A stretch of DNA of 41,138 nt from an uncultured Saprospiraceae bacterium (GCA_937995675.1 CALKJE010000072.1:1-41138), one strand, 5' to 3'. Shown: positions 18,066-28,487, counted from the first letter of the stretch. Numbers and translations are program-made. The notes: generated by a model from the letters alone, not told the origin.

Positions 18066-20567
18066 ATGAAAGAAAAATTTAATTCTACCTTAAAATTGTT
18101 GGTTAAAACGGCCAGCTTATCTCCCAATGGCGTGTTGTGGTTGAATAAGGAAGGACAAATTCTGGCTGTTAACAATTCCCTTGCTACGCAATTAGGTTAT
18201 ACCTTATCTGATTTTGTGCCTACCACTATTTTTGAGGTCAACCCTTCCACCTCATTACTATCCTGGAAGCGGCTTTGGAAAAAATTGGTGGAAGATGGCC
18301 AGTCCACCTTTGATACCGAACAAATCACTGCTGACGATTCTATTTATCCAGTTACCATGCGGACTATGTTGCTTGAGGTAGAAGATCAATTCGTCTGTAT
18401 GGCCTTGGTAGAAAATCTAATGACGACCAACCGTTTTAAGGATTTATTGGAGATGACTGCACAAGTTGCAGGAGTTGGCGCCTACGAATACGACCTGGTC
18501 CAAGATGAACTAATTATCACAGATGAGTTTTTCCGACTCATGGATATTCCTAAAAGAAAGAAGGTAACGATTGAAGATACCAGACCAATTTTTCGGAGTA
18601 GAATTGCAAAGGAGGATCTTCCATTATATTTAAAAAACCTTGAATTTGCCATCAAAAAAGGAAAACCAGCAGAACAAGAGTTATCTTATCTCATCAATGG
18701 AAAATACGAGACCTTTAATTTTAAAATCATTCCAACCCAATTAGAAGATCAGACGATCAAAATTCATGGAACGATCCAAAACCTTGGTAAAATTGCTGAA
18801 CGGACTGACGAAATGCATTTTATGAAATTTTGTATCGAACACGCTCGGGATATGATCCTATGGGTAAATGAAGCTGATCAGAAAATTGCTTATGTGAATA
18901 AAAAATTGTGTAAAACACTTAATTATACTAGCTCAGAACTGATTGGAGAACATTACTCCATTCTAGTTAACCAAGACGAACGAACCGTCAGCTGGGACGA
19001 TTTTGATGAACAGATAGTCGAAGAAGGAGAGGTCGATGTAGAAATTAATTTTTTATCTAAACAAGGGAAGATCATTCCTGTCTCTACCTCTACAGACCGA
19101 CTGGACTTTAGAGGCAAAAAAATCAATTGTACCTTTGCCAGAAGTCTATCAAAAAAGAGAAAAAGAGACGAACTGATCAAGATGGCCAAGCATAGTCTAG
19201 ATCAATCAACCGATATTATTTTTTGGCTCAGGTCGGATGCTAGTTTCAAATACTTCAATGACGCTTTTGTAAAAAAATCAGGCTACACGCGCAAGCAAAT
19301 AGAAAAGATGACTATTCTAGATTTCTTTCCTGATACGACTGTAGAAGATTTTGAGGCAGGATGGGAAAAATTACAACAGGGAGAAACCCTAAGTAGTCAG
19401 GGAAGAAAGATGGTCTTAAAAAACAAAAACCACATCATCACAGAAATCACCGTCAACCTCGTAAAAATAGAAGGTAAGGAATATTCCACCACCGTACTGA
19501 GAGATATTACAAACCGTCAAGAAAAGGAGGACAAACTGCAAACATACCTTCAGGAAATTGAGCGGCTCAAAGCCAACGCGGAAGCAGCAAATATTATCTT
19601 AAAAGAAGAAATAGAACTAGAAAGTAACTTTAGCAATATTATCACTCGTGATCCTAACTATAAAAAGGTGATGAGACAAATTGAACAAGTTGCCGACACA
19701 GATGCAACGGTTCTGATTTTAGGGGAAACAGGTACCGGCAAAGAGCTCTTGGCCCGTGCAGTACATCAGCTGAGTGATCGTGCGGAATTCCCGCTGGTAA
19801 AAGTCAACTGTGGTGCACTCCCAGAAAACTTAATAGAATCTGAACTATTTGGTCATGAAAAAGGAGCATTTACCGGAGCACATCAACAAAAAATTGGTAA
19901 ATTTGAACGTGCAGAAAAAGGAACTATTTTTCTAGATGAGATTGGAGAATTACCGCTGGACTTGCAAACACAATTACTTCGAGTACTACAGGAAGGAGAA
20001 ATTGAGCGAGTCGGAGGATCAAAAACTATCCACTTGGACGTACGGATTATTGCAGCCACCAACAGAAATTTAGAAGAACAAATCGATCTTGGAAAATTCA
20101 GAGAAGATTTATACTATCGATTAAATGTTTTCCCAATTTATAATATTCCTCTACGGGAAAGAAGAGAAGACATCAAAATTTTAATCAAACATTTTACCGA
20201 TAAATACAGTAAAAAATTAAATAAAGAAATATCCGAAATTGCTCCAAGTGGAATGAACAAATTACTATCCTATAACTTTCCAGGAAATGTAAGAGAACTC
20301 GAAAATATTATTGAGCGTTCTGTTATTCTTACTAAAGGAAAAGTATTGATGATCGATCCAGCATTAACAAAAGTGAAAAAATCTACCAATGCTAAGAAAA
20401 AATTTAATACAATGGAAGAAATGCAGAAAGAACATATCATAGAAGCATTACGCAGATGTAAAGGAAAAGTGAGTGGACAAAATGGTGCAGCTGCTTTGCT
20501 GGACATGAACGATAAAACGTTAACTTCAAGAATGAAAAAATTGAAAATCGATAAAACTGATTTTTGA
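18066..20567 (+). CDS. sigma-54-dependent transcriptional activator with multiple N-terminal PAS domains
   Basis: 833 aa. ~520 aa of PAS-like repeats, then AAA+ with Walker A GETGTGKE, the [15 protein letters not shown] (GAFTGA) loop and Walker [10 protein letters not shown]-terminal Fis-type HTH. No receiver domain. Confidence 0.9.
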   Translation: MKEKFNSTLKLLVKTASLSPNGVLWLNKEGQILAVNNSLATQLGYTLSDFVPTTIFEVNPSTSLLSWKRLWKKLVEDGQSTFDTEQITADDSIYPVTMRTMLLEVEDQFVCMALVENLMTTNRFKDLLEMTAQVAGVGAYEYDLVQDELIITDEFFRLMDIPKRKKVTIEDTRPIFRSRIAKEDLPLYLKNLEFAIKKGKPAEQELSYLINGKYETFNFKIIPTQLEDQTIKIHGTIQNLGKIAERTDEMHFMKFCIEHARDMILWVNEADQKIAYVNKKLCKTLNYTSSELIGEHYSILVNQDERTVSWDDFDEQIVEEGEVDVEINFLSKQGKIIPVSTSTDRLDFRGKKINCTFARSLSKKRKRDELIKMAKHSLDQSTDIIFWLRSDASFKYFNDAFVKKSGYTRKQIEKMTILDFFPDTTVEDFEAGWEKLQQGETLSSQGRKMVLKNKNHIITEITVNLVKIEGKEYSTTVLRDITNRQEKEDKLQTYLQEIERLKANAEAANIILKEEIELESNFSNIITRDPNYKKVMRQIEQVADTDATVLILGETGTGKELLARAVHQLSDRAEFPLVKVNCGALPENLIESELFGHEKGAFTGAHQQKIGKFERAEKGTIFLDEIGELPLDLQTQLLRVLQEGEIERVGGSKTIHLDVRIIAATNRNLEEQIDLGKFREDLYYRLNVFPIYNIPLRERREDIKILIKHFTDKYSKKLNKEISEIAPSGMNKLLSYNFPGNVRELENIIERSVILTKGKVLMIDPALTKVKKSTNAKKKFNTMEEMQKEHIIEALRRCKGKVSGQNGAAALLDMNDKTLTSRMKKLKIDKTDF

Positions 20568-20618
20568 TCAGTTCAATGGAATAATTTTTGACACATTTTA
20601 AATAAAATCATATTAGTT

Positions 20619-20975
20619 TTGCCTGATAATCAAAATTATATATCTCTCTCTAACGAAGCTTTTGTTAAAAAAGTGATTGCCGAAAAACAGCCCTCTGTCC
20701 TACTTTTCAGTGTCTCTTGGTCTGGAAATGCAGAGATTATGAATAGTATGATGGAACGGATCAGCAAAGAATTTAACAACCATCAGGTTCATTTCTATAA
20801 AGTAGATATTGAGGAAGAGCCAAGTATCGCTGAATTTTTCAATATCTATAATGTCCCCACTATTCTAATGGTTAAAGAAGGAGAAGTAATTGATCTTGTA
20901 AAAGGTTTTTTACCTGCCTCAAAAATTAGAAAAAAGGTAGTAGAACTCTTTGAATTAAAACAAAATCGCGCCTAA
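20619..20975 (+). CDS. thioredoxin-fold protein lacking the CxxC active site
   Basis: Trx-like layout (VLLFSVSW-SGNA-...YKVDIEE...YNVPTILMVKEGE). WSGNA (20718-20732) sits where WCGPC is expected. TTG start at 20619; there is no in-frame ATG near the N-terminus. Confidence 0.7.
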   Translation: MPDNQNYISLSNEAFVKKVIAEKQPSVLLFSVSWSGNAEIMNSMMERISKEFNNHQVHFYKVDIEEEPSIAEFFNIYNVPTILMVKEGEVIDLVKGFLPASKIRKKVVELFELKQNRA

Positions 20976-21105
20976 AACTCCTTTTTACCATAAAAAAAAG
21001 TCTTCTCTCAACTATTCAACCCGCTATCCTACTCTAATAATAAAGACAAGTAAATTCTCCGTTATTTTTACTATTTTTACATCAATCAAATTTGTATAAT
21101 CTCTG

Positions 21106-21648
21106 ATGAATTCTGCTAAAATAGCTGCTCTAAAAGTAATGATTCTGGAAGATCAACAACCAGATCAAATATTAGTAAAAAGGCAAGTGCTCAAATATGA
21201 GCCAAACAGCGTATTTCTAATCGCCGATAGTAAAAAGACCTTTTTAGATAAGATTGACTGGTTTTTACCAGACCTTATACTAGCCGATTACAACTTACCC
21301 GATTACACTGGTCTGGATGCCTTGATGTACATCAAAGAAAAAAAGCCATTTGTCCCCTTTGTTTTCGTAACAGGAGGCTTGCACAAATCCGATCCGGTAG
21401 CAGATGTGGTACTTGGACTAGCAGATGGGTTCATTTTGAAAGATGACCTCTCAACCTTGCACCAGCAACTAAAATCAATCATGGAAAAAAATGCTGAAAA
21501 AGTTAACATGCAGAAGGAGTTAATAAAGGTTCAGAACCAACAGCGGTTAAAAATTATGAAGGCAACTGTTCTATTAAAAGAATCCGGTGATTTTTCTAAA
21601 AAAGATGAACTGTTCAAACTCTTAAATGAACTAAAAGATCCATCCTGA
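21106..21648 (+). CDS. receiver-domain response regulator with a C-terminal coiled-coil tail
   Basis: VMILEDQQ, LILADYNLPDYTG (acceptor Asp), FVFVTGG, ILKDD. A ~50-aa helical tail and no DNA-binding domain. Confidence 0.75.
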   Translation: MNSAKIAALKVMILEDQQPDQILVKRQVLKYEPNSVFLIADSKKTFLDKIDWFLPDLILADYNLPDYTGLDALMYIKEKKPFVPFVFVTGGLHKSDPVADVVLGLADGFILKDDLSTLHQQLKSIMEKNAEKVNMQKELIKVQNQQRLKIMKATVLLKESGDFSKKDELFKLLNELKDPS

Positions 21649-21672
21649 TTTCTTTTAATACTAATAAAAAAC

Positions 21673-22875
21673 ATGATCCCCCCTCCTATTCCAGAGAACG
21701 AAGAAGAAAGATTGTCTGCACTACAGACGTACAACATCATGGACTCTCTTCCTGAAAAGGATTACGATAATTTAACTAAGATCGCGTCAGAAATCTGCCA
21801 AGTACCCGTTGCCCTTATTACCTTTATGGGACGAGAGCGACAGTGGTTCAAATCTAAGGTTGGGGTAGACTTATCTGAAAACCAAAGAAATTTTACTTTT
21901 TGCGCTCATGGTATGATTGATACCGAGGAACCACTCGTTGTAAATGATGCCACCAAAGATCCTCGCTTTGTTGGTAATCCACTAGTAACTGGACCGTTTC
22001 AAGTTCGGTTTTATGCAGGAGTTCAATTGGTGGATAAAGCAGGGTTTCCGCTAGGTAGTATATGCGTTTTAGATGTTAAAAAAAATGAACTCAACCAAGG
22101 TCAATTAGAAACCTTGAAGATTTTAGCACAACAAGTTATTCGGTTACTTGAGTTACGTAAAACAATCACAGATTTAGAAATAAGTAAAGAAAATTTACTC
22201 CGGACCAATAAACAACTTCAGGAATATGACTACGTCATATCTCATGATCTCAAAGCACCACTCCGCAATATGAAACATTTAGCGGAAGCGATCAACGAAA
22301 TTTATGAGGACAAATTAGATGAAAAAGGAAAAAAGTATCTTCAACTTATTGACGAAACAGCAACGGATGCCATCTCCTATGTTACGGGAATATTAAATTA
22401 TTCCCAAGCAACCCATTATATTGATGTACTAAAAGAAAAAATTGAATTTGACAATTTTCTTAAAACCATAATTAGACAACAGACAATTCCAGACCACATT
22501 ACAATTTCTATTCCGGATCAACTCCCTGTCATTGAAGGTTCTAAAGCAATCTTAAGACAGATCTTTAGCAATCTGATCAACAATGCCATTAAATATCATG
22601 ACAAAAAAGAAGGATGGGTAAAAATAAATCACACGGAAAATAAGAGTCAACATATTTTTCAGGTAAGCGATAATGGGTGTGGCATTCCAAAAGATAAATT
22701 AGGGAGTATTTTTTCGCTTTTTTATATGGTTAACAAAGCTGATGCTAAAGATAAGAAAAGTTCAGGTGTTGGTCTTTCTATTGTCAAAAACCTCATCACA
22801 GAAATGGGAGGAAATATAAAAGTAGATTCCACCTTAGGAATAGGTACGACATTCAGCTTTTCCTTTCCAAAATAA
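21673..22875 (+). CDS. GAF-domain sensor histidine kinase
   Basis: N-terminal PENEEERLSALQTYNIMDS...VALITFM...RFYAG pattern typical of GAF kinases. H-box VISHDLKAPLRNM. HATPase motifs NLINNAIKY, DNGCGI, GVGLSI. Confidence 0.85.
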   Translation: MIPPPIPENEEERLSALQTYNIMDSLPEKDYDNLTKIASEICQVPVALITFMGRERQWFKSKVGVDLSENQRNFTFCAHGMIDTEEPLVVNDATKDPRFVGNPLVTGPFQVRFYAGVQLVDKAGFPLGSICVLDVKKNELNQGQLETLKILAQQVIRLLELRKTITDLEISKENLLRTNKQLQEYDYVISHDLKAPLRNMKHLAEAINEIYEDKLDEKGKKYLQLIDETATDAISYVTGILNYSQATHYIDVLKEKIEFDNFLKTIIRQQTIPDHITISIPDQLPVIEGSKAILRQIFSNLINNAIKYHDKKEGWVKINHTENKSQHIFQVSDNGCGIPKDKLGSIFSLFYMVNKADAKDKKSSGVGLSIVKNLITEMGGNIKVDSTLGIGTTFSFSFPK

Positions 22876-23030
22876 AAGATCATTTTCTAGCTCGTGAGCT
22901 CATCTTAAACAACTCTATTCTAAAACGGCTTAAAAGGAAGCTCTTCTATCAGTGATTGAACATTTTAGTCACTTTTTCTTTTTATGCATGGCCTTTAGCC
23001 AAAACAAACACCCCTTGAAAAATTAAAAAA

Positions 23031-23924
23031 ATGAATAACGAATTCCTCAATGATTTATGGGTAAACTTACAAAGTTACTACGACAGCTTTATTATTCTTT
23101 TGCCAAAACTAGTCTTAGCAATTATCAGTTTTTATATCCTGCTCTTTATTGCTAATAAAAGCCGAAATCTTGCCAATCGTAGATTAACCGAACGAATGGA
23201 TGATCCACTACTCGCTGCCTTTTTAAGTAGAATAATTAAAATAGTGATCGTCATCTTTGCCTTGATGGTGGTCATGAATATTGTGGGATTAGCTGGGGTC
23301 GCTGGTGGTCTATTGACGGGGGCTAGCGTCAGCGCGGTAGTGATTGGTTTTGCTTTTAAAGATATCGGTGAAAACTTTTTAGCTGGAATTATCTTAGCCT
23401 TTAACCGACCATTTCGAGTCGGTGACATCGTAGAGCTAGACGGAATAAAAGGAAAAGTGGTAGCCCTCAATATACGTAACACACAGATCAAATCTTTCGA
23501 TGGAAAAGACATTTTTATTCCAAATGCCAATGTGATAAAAAATCCAGTTTTCAACTATACCTTAGACGGATTTATGCGCCACGAATTTAATATTGGATTA
23601 GACTATGGGTCTGACACAGATAAGGCTATTTCTATTCTCAAAGAGACCATTGGAAGTGTTGGAGGCATACTGCAAGGCGATCGAGGACCTGCCGTGCACG
23701 TAGGTGACCTCAACGCTAGCTCTTACAATCTGACTGTCCAATATTGGCTAAATACTTTTGATAAAAATTATGGATCCAACTCCGTTCGTACCGAGGCAAT
23801 TAATAAAGCCATGACCAAATTGGAAGAAGCAGGATTTTACATGCCAGGAGATATCGTAGAATTGAAAAACTATAATGATCGAGAAATCAAAACTGGAATC
23901 TCAGAAAAAAAACCCGCAGTTTAA
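23031..23924 (+). CDS. mechanosensitive ion channel, MscS family
   Basis: Three N-terminal TM helices followed by FAFKDIGENFLAGIILAFNRPFRVGDIVELDGIKGKV..L..R.T...FDGK...IPN, the MscS beta-domain signature. Confidence 0.85.
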   Translation: MNNEFLNDLWVNLQSYYDSFIILLPKLVLAIISFYILLFIANKSRNLANRRLTERMDDPLLAAFLSRIIKIVIVIFALMVVMNIVGLAGVAGGLLTGASVSAVVIGFAFKDIGENFLAGIILAFNRPFRVGDIVELDGIKGKVVALNIRNTQIKSFDGKDIFIPNANVIKNPVFNYTLDGFMRHEFNIGLDYGSDTDKAISILKETIGSVGGILQGDRGPAVHVGDLNASSYNLTVQYWLNTFDKNYGSNSVRTEAINKAMTKLEEAGFYMPGDIVELKNYNDREIKTGISEKKPAV

Positions 23925-23958
23925 TTACCAGGAAAATATTCTAATAAAAAATAGACAA

Positions 23959-23992
23959 GGGCCGATTACATTAATTTGTGATTGGCCCTTTT
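23959..23992 (+). terminator. rho-independent terminator after the mscS-like gene
   Basis: gggccgattac / gtgattggccc stem (two G-U wobbles) followed by TTTT. Confidence 0.6.
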
Positions 23993-24213
23993 CAATAAAA
24001 GCGTAACTACATTTTTTAAAACTGAACATTACACCTTCTCATCCTTTATACTATCGAAACCAGAAACGAAACACTTATTTTTTTTAACCTCCAAAACTTA
24101 AACAACCATGAAAAATCTAGAAAAAAAATTAGACAACTCGCTGTAAATCATTCAGCGACAACATTAAAATACAATTACCAAATATTTATTTTTAACCATA
24201 AAACAAATTTATC

Positions 24214-24405
24214 ATGAGTGCATTAACAGATAAAATCAAAGGGAACTGGAACCAGATGAAAGGTAAACTTAAAGAAGAGTATGCGGAATTAACGGACAAT
24301 GACTTGATGTATCAGGAAGGTCAGGAAGACCAACTACTGGGACGTCTACAAGAAGCGACTGGAAAGACCAAAGAAGAAATCAAAAACTGGGTCGACAGTT
24401 TCTAG
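24214..24405 (+). CDS. CsbD-family stress protein
   Basis: 63 aa. KIKGNWNQMKGKLKEEYAELTDNDL...G..D.L.G.LQE..G resembles the CsbD/YjbJ pattern. Confidence 0.85.
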   Translation: MSALTDKIKGNWNQMKGKLKEEYAELTDNDLMYQEGQEDQLLGRLQEATGKTKEEIKNWVDSF

Positions 24406-24435
24406 TACCAAATTAAAATTATAATCCTTAGAGAT

Positions 24436-24474
24436 AAAAAGCAGCTTCCCCAACGATGGAAAGCTGCTTTTTTT
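24436..24474. terminator. bidirectional terminator between the csbD-like and VOC genes
   Basis: aaaaagcagcttcc...ggaaagctgcttttttt: a GC-rich stem flanked by an A-run and a T-run. Confidence 0.8.
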
Positions 24475-24498
24475 ACACCTTACCTTTAAGTAACCAAC

Positions 24499-24903
24499 TT
24501 AGATTCTAAAGTTATTTACTGGTTCAATCAAATCCCACAAATTTCCATAAAGGTCCGCAAAAACCAATACTTTACCCCAGTCTTCTTTGACAGGTGGACG
24601 GATGATTTCTATCTGATGGTCTAATAAATTTTTATAATCTCGATCAAAATTATCTGTATATAAAAATAAAAAAACACGTCCTCCTGTCTGGTTACCAATT
24701 CTAGATGCTTGCTCTTCATTCGCGGCTTTCGCTAATAGCAAACCTGCTGCATCTGATCCTGGTGGTTTAACGACCACCCATCGTTTAACTTCACTTAGCT
24801 TGGTGTCTTCGACCAGTTGAAAGTGTAATTTTTTAGTATAAAATTCTATGGCCTCATCATAGTCTCTAACGACAAGTGCAAGTTGAGCAAGGGTTTGTTT
24901 CAT
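24499..24903 (-). CDS. VOC (glyoxalase/bleomycin-resistance) family protein
   Basis: 134 aa. LALVVRDYDEAIEFYTKKLHF and C-terminal DLYGNLWDLIE are typical of the paired beta-alpha-beta-beta-beta fold. Confidence 0.7.
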   Translation of the reverse strand: MKQTLAQLALVVRDYDEAIEFYTKKLHFQLVEDTKLSEVKRWVVVKPPGSDAAGLLLAKAANEEQASRIGNQTGGRVFLFLYTDNFDRDYKNLLDHQIEIIRPPVKEDWGKVLVFADLYGNLWDLIEPVNNFRI

Positions 24904-24929
24904 TATTATTTTCGTTTTATAAAAAATTA

Positions 24930-27900
24930 TTATCGTAAGCTAAGCAATTCTCTCAACTCGTCATTATCGTAATTTCCAATCCATTTCTCTCCATTGGCAA
25001 CGGTTAAGTTAGCCAGCTCTTTTTTTGATTGGAGCAACTCATTTATTTTTTCCTCAAAAGTTTGTTGAGTAATAAAACGATGGACCATGACATTTCGTTT
25101 TTGTCCAATCCGATAAGCACGATCAGTTGCTTGTGCTTCTGCAGCCGGATTCCACCATAAATCATAATGGATCACATTGCTGGCCTGCGTCAGATTCAAT
25201 CCTGTTCCTCCAGCTTTTAAAGAAAGAATCATCACCCGAGTAGAACGGTTATTTTGAAAATCATCTACCATCGCATCTCTCCCTTTTCGGTTGATACCAC
25301 CATGTAAAAACGATGCAGACAAACCAAAATTATCAGCCAATAATTCTTGCAACAAAGTACCCATCTGTTGGTATTGTGTAAAGATCAAAGTCTTTTCTCC
25401 GTTGTCCAAAATCTGTTGTAACAACTGAAATAACAACATCGTCTTACCTGATAGATTCGCCGCTTTATCTCCTTTTTTCAAATATTGATAAGGATGATTA
25501 CAAATTTGTTTAAGTGCGGTAATCAGCATCAACACCAATCCTTTTCTTTCTGCACCTTCTGCGGTTTCTACTCGTTTCAATGTTTTGTCTACTACATTTT
25601 GATAGATCGCGGCTTGCTCAGGAGTTAGCTGACAATACTGATCTTGTTCTATTTTTTCAGGTAAATCTTTAATAATAGATTTATCGGATTTTACCCGACG
25701 CATAATAAACGGTCCCGTAATTTTTTTAAATTTTTCCAACTTCACTAAATCACGATCTGCTTCGATAGGTTTTGCGTATTCGTCTTTAAATTTTTTCAAG
25801 GTTCCGAGATATCCTTTATTGGCAAAATCAAAAACACTCCAGTATTCACTCATTCGATTTTCTACTGGTGTTCCACTCATTGCTATTTTAATTGGAACCT
25901 TAATTTTCTTAATCGCTTTAGTTTGTGCGGTCGCTGGATTCTTAATATTCTGCGCTTCGTCAATCACCATAATCAACCAATGGTATCGTTGCAGTTTGGC
26001 TACTTCTCCACGTGCCACGCCGTAAGTTGTCAAAAGTACATCCGCCTCTTCAATCGGTGCAAGTTTTCGATTAGCACCGTGGTAGATATGCGTGATTAAT
26101 TCTGGCCCAAACTTTTTAATTTCTTTATCCCAATTGGTCAATAAAGTGGTCGGCACCACCACCAATGCTTTTTGCTCATCCAGCCTACCCTCTTCTTTCA
26201 ATTTTAGTAAAGTCGTAATCACTTGCAATGTTTTACCAAGCCCCATATCATCGGCGAGCAAACTACCAAATCCCAGTCTCGTGTTTTTATATAACCATTC
26301 ATAACCTTTTTGTTGATAAGGTCGCAGCGTTGCTTCCAAACTGATCGGTGGCTCTATGGTTTCTGACTTAAGCAACTCATCCATCAGTGCTCGTAACTCT
26401 GGCGTCAATTCTATACCCGCCCCTTTATACTCATCTGCTAAAGCGATTTGTAAAAGTTCGTGTCCGCTTAATTCCGGAGGATTTTCTAATGCTTGAATTA
26501 GCTTAGTAATTTCTGCTTCATCAAAAAAGAGATATTGATTTTGATAGCGAACGATTCCTTTAAAACGCCTGATCATTTTTAAAAACTCCTCTCTCGAAAT
26601 CGTGGTATCTCCTAACGCTACTCGCCAGTCAAAATCTAGGAGTTCATCTAAATTAACCAGTGACTTTTTCTTAACCACTCCTGAATTTTCTGCAGAGACC
26701 TTCATGGATAATTGCGGCTTGAGAATTTTCCGCAAAGCTTTCGGCAAGACTACTTTAATTCCAAACAATCGAATGGTTGGTAATATTTTAAATAGGATAT
26801 CTACAAATTCTATTTCATCAAAAAGTAATGGAACTTTACCTTTTAATTTAACCAAGTCTCCTATTCCTGAAAAATATTCAGAGAGCATGGCGAGATCTCG
26901 CAGTGCATCCATTCGAATATCGGCGTACTGCTTTTTTTCTAATAATGCTTTAAGGCCAAAAACAGGTCTGGTCTTTTTTCGTTTGTCTTCAAAAGCAACT
27001 TCCACAGCAAACCCTTCTTCGGAATCATCTACTTTTATAACTGGAACAAAATCTTTCTCAATGATATAAAATTTATTTAACCATAATTGAATCGCAATTG
27101 GATAGTCCTTGATTTCGTAGTCATTGAACGATTCTGATTTTTGATTAAAAAATAATTGCACCACTTCTATTGGCCAAAGTCGATCTTTGACTTTAGCATT
27201 TTTAGTCACTAAACCTGTTAGAAAAATACTTGTTAAAGCGGTAAAAAAATCAGCAGCAATCGGTTGTTTTATTTTTGTTCTAGCTTTATAGAATAGTATA
27301 TTTTCAGGAACAAGTGCTTCCACCAAATCATGGAGGTTTTTCACAATAGGATTTAATAGTGCAGGAATCCAACGAATGATATACTGTTCTTTTTCATCTA
27401 CCAAAAGCTGTGGAATAATGGCTCCTTTTTTCGCCAATTGCTTGGCATAGACCCAAGCTATCCACAACCCACGTAATCCCGGCGCGTACTGTTGGACACG
27501 AAGAAAAGACAAGGTATCTAACCAATTTATTAAATCCTCTATTTTTCCAAAATTAAATAGGACCTCACCCTTTTTATCGCGAAAGCTAACATCCAAAAAC
27601 GATCCTTTTTCAGAAAGGATAATTTCTAAATCTTCAATCGAATCTTTTTGAATATCGAGCGCAGTTGAAGGTGTTTCAGAGGTCGTACTTTTTTGTAAAT
27701 TCTTCGTTAACTGATCATAATTTGCAGATAATATTTTTTTAAAATTACCTGCCGGAAAGAAAACAGGTTGATCAGAAAGAATGGCCATCAGATCTTCCTT
27801 TAGCGAAGGAATGACAGAAAAATCAATTTGGTCCAAACTTAATCTGGGTTGTTTCCTAGTTCGAGTCTCTTCTGTCAAATCTTCCCAAAGTCGGGACAGT

Positions 27901-28448
27901 GAAAGGATACGAATGTCTTGGTGTTCTTGGGTTGTATAACCTGCTTTTCTAAGCGCTTCGAACAAATCAAATTTGTGTAATTCAAAAACCAGAAACGGAT
28001 TTTGATCGATCTCATTAGCAGTAAGATAGAGCACTGCAGCCATGTGTTTACAAGGAACTGCCCAATCGGGACAAGAGCAACTACCTTCGAGGTCATTCCA
28101 AGAATCAGGAAAAAGTGCGACGCCTTTTCTAGCACAAAGTTCCTTCAGTTCTGGTGGTAGTTGTCTATTAAGTAGTGCCGACAAATGCATTGGATGCTCA
28201 ATGACTGCTTCTACGATTTTTGCTTTTTCTTTATTTGAAAAAGGTGGAATGGTAAAGGAGACTTTATAAGGATGATATTGACTACCTTGAACATTAGCAG
28301 AGATTTCATTGCCTGCAATTTCGATATCACTAGCCAATCCTTTATTTGCATAGGTACGACCACGAGGCAAGCGGTTAGAAAAATCAATTCGGTTTAACGA
28401 ATTCAGCCATTGCTTTCCCCACCAAGTATTTCCGTAAGATTTTCTCAT
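24930..28448 (-). CDS. SNF2-family helicase with an N-terminal SWIM zinc finger
   Basis: 1172 aa. SWIM CSCPDWAVPCKHMAAV. SNF2 motifs LRPYQQKGYEWL, LADDMGLGKTLQ, DEAQNIKN, then helicase-C (LSLKAGGTGLNLT, WWNPAAEAQATDRAYRIGQ). Confidence 0.9.
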   Translation of the reverse strand: MRKSYGNTWWGKQWLNSLNRIDFSNRLPRGRTYANKGLASDIEIAGNEISANVQGSQYHPYKVSFTIPPFSNKEKAKIVEAVIEHPMHLSALLNRQLPPELKELCARKGVALFPDSWNDLEGSCSCPDWAVPCKHMAAVLYLTANEIDQNPFLVFELHKFDLFEALRKAGYTTQEHQDIRILSLSRLWEDLTEETRTRKQPRLSLDQIDFSVIPSLKEDLMAILSDQPVFFPAGNFKKILSANYDQLTKNLQKSTTSETPSTALDIQKDSIEDLEIILSEKGSFLDVSFRDKKGEVLFNFGKIEDLINWLDTLSFLRVQQYAPGLRGLWIAWVYAKQLAKKGAIIPQLLVDEKEQYIIRWIPALLNPIVKNLHDLVEALVPENILFYKARTKIKQPIAADFFTALTSIFLTGLVTKNAKVKDRLWPIEVVQLFFNQKSESFNDYEIKDYPIAIQLWLNKFYIIEKDFVPVIKVDDSEEGFAVEVAFEDKRKKTRPVFGLKALLEKKQYADIRMDALRDLAMLSEYFSGIGDLVKLKGKVPLLFDEIEFVDILFKILPTIRLFGIKVVLPKALRKILKPQLSMKVSAENSGVVKKKSLVNLDELLDFDWRVALGDTTISREEFLKMIRRFKGIVRYQNQYLFFDEAEITKLIQALENPPELSGHELLQIALADEYKGAGIELTPELRALMDELLKSETIEPPISLEATLRPYQQKGYEWLYKNTRLGFGSLLADDMGLGKTLQVITTLLKLKEEGRLDEQKALVVVPTTLLTNWDKEIKKFGPELITHIYHGANRKLAPIEEADVLLTTYGVARGEVAKLQRYHWLIMVIDEAQNIKNPATAQTKAIKKIKVPIKIAMSGTPVENRMSEYWSVFDFANKGYLGTLKKFKDEYAKPIEADRDLVKLEKFKKITGPFIMRRVKSDKSIIKDLPEKIEQDQYCQLTPEQAAIYQNVVDKTLKRVETAEGAERKGLVLMLITALKQICNHPYQYLKKGDKAANLSGKTMLLFQLLQQILDNGEKTLIFTQYQQMGTLLQELLADNFGLSASFLHGGINRKGRDAMVDDFQNNRSTRVMILSLKAGGTGLNLTQASNVIHYDLWWNPAAEAQATDRAYRIGQKRNVMVHRFITQQTFEEKINELLQSKKELANLTVANGEKWIGNYDNDELRELLSLR

Positions 28449-28487
28449 CTTTTTTTACAAAGTAACTTTTTAGAATAGCTGCACAAG

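Noticed and set aside
17984-18175. 63-aa minus-strand ORF across the divergent promoter region
   Set aside because: It overlaps the activator's start and the AT-rich repeat region, and its composition looks non-coding.
24108-24146. 12-codon ORF (MKNLEKKLDNSL) upstream of the csbD-like gene
   Set aside because: Too short and unsupported. It could be a leader peptide, but the sequence gives no evidence for that.
24930-28448. SNF2 helicase as part of a DISARM/Zorya/BREX-like anti-phage system
   Set aside because: None of the partner genes is adjacent (no methyltransferase, DUF1998 helicase, PLD nuclease, ZorA/B or PglZ). The neighbours are a small OMP and a VOC protein, so there is no support for a known defence operon.
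28455-28475. acaaagtaacttt upstream of the SNF2 gene, which resembles the AAAGTACTTT palindrome of the 30732/31826 boxes
   Set aside because: Only ~10 nt of AT-rich similarity with a 1-nt insertion in the palindrome centre. This is well within chance for this composition.
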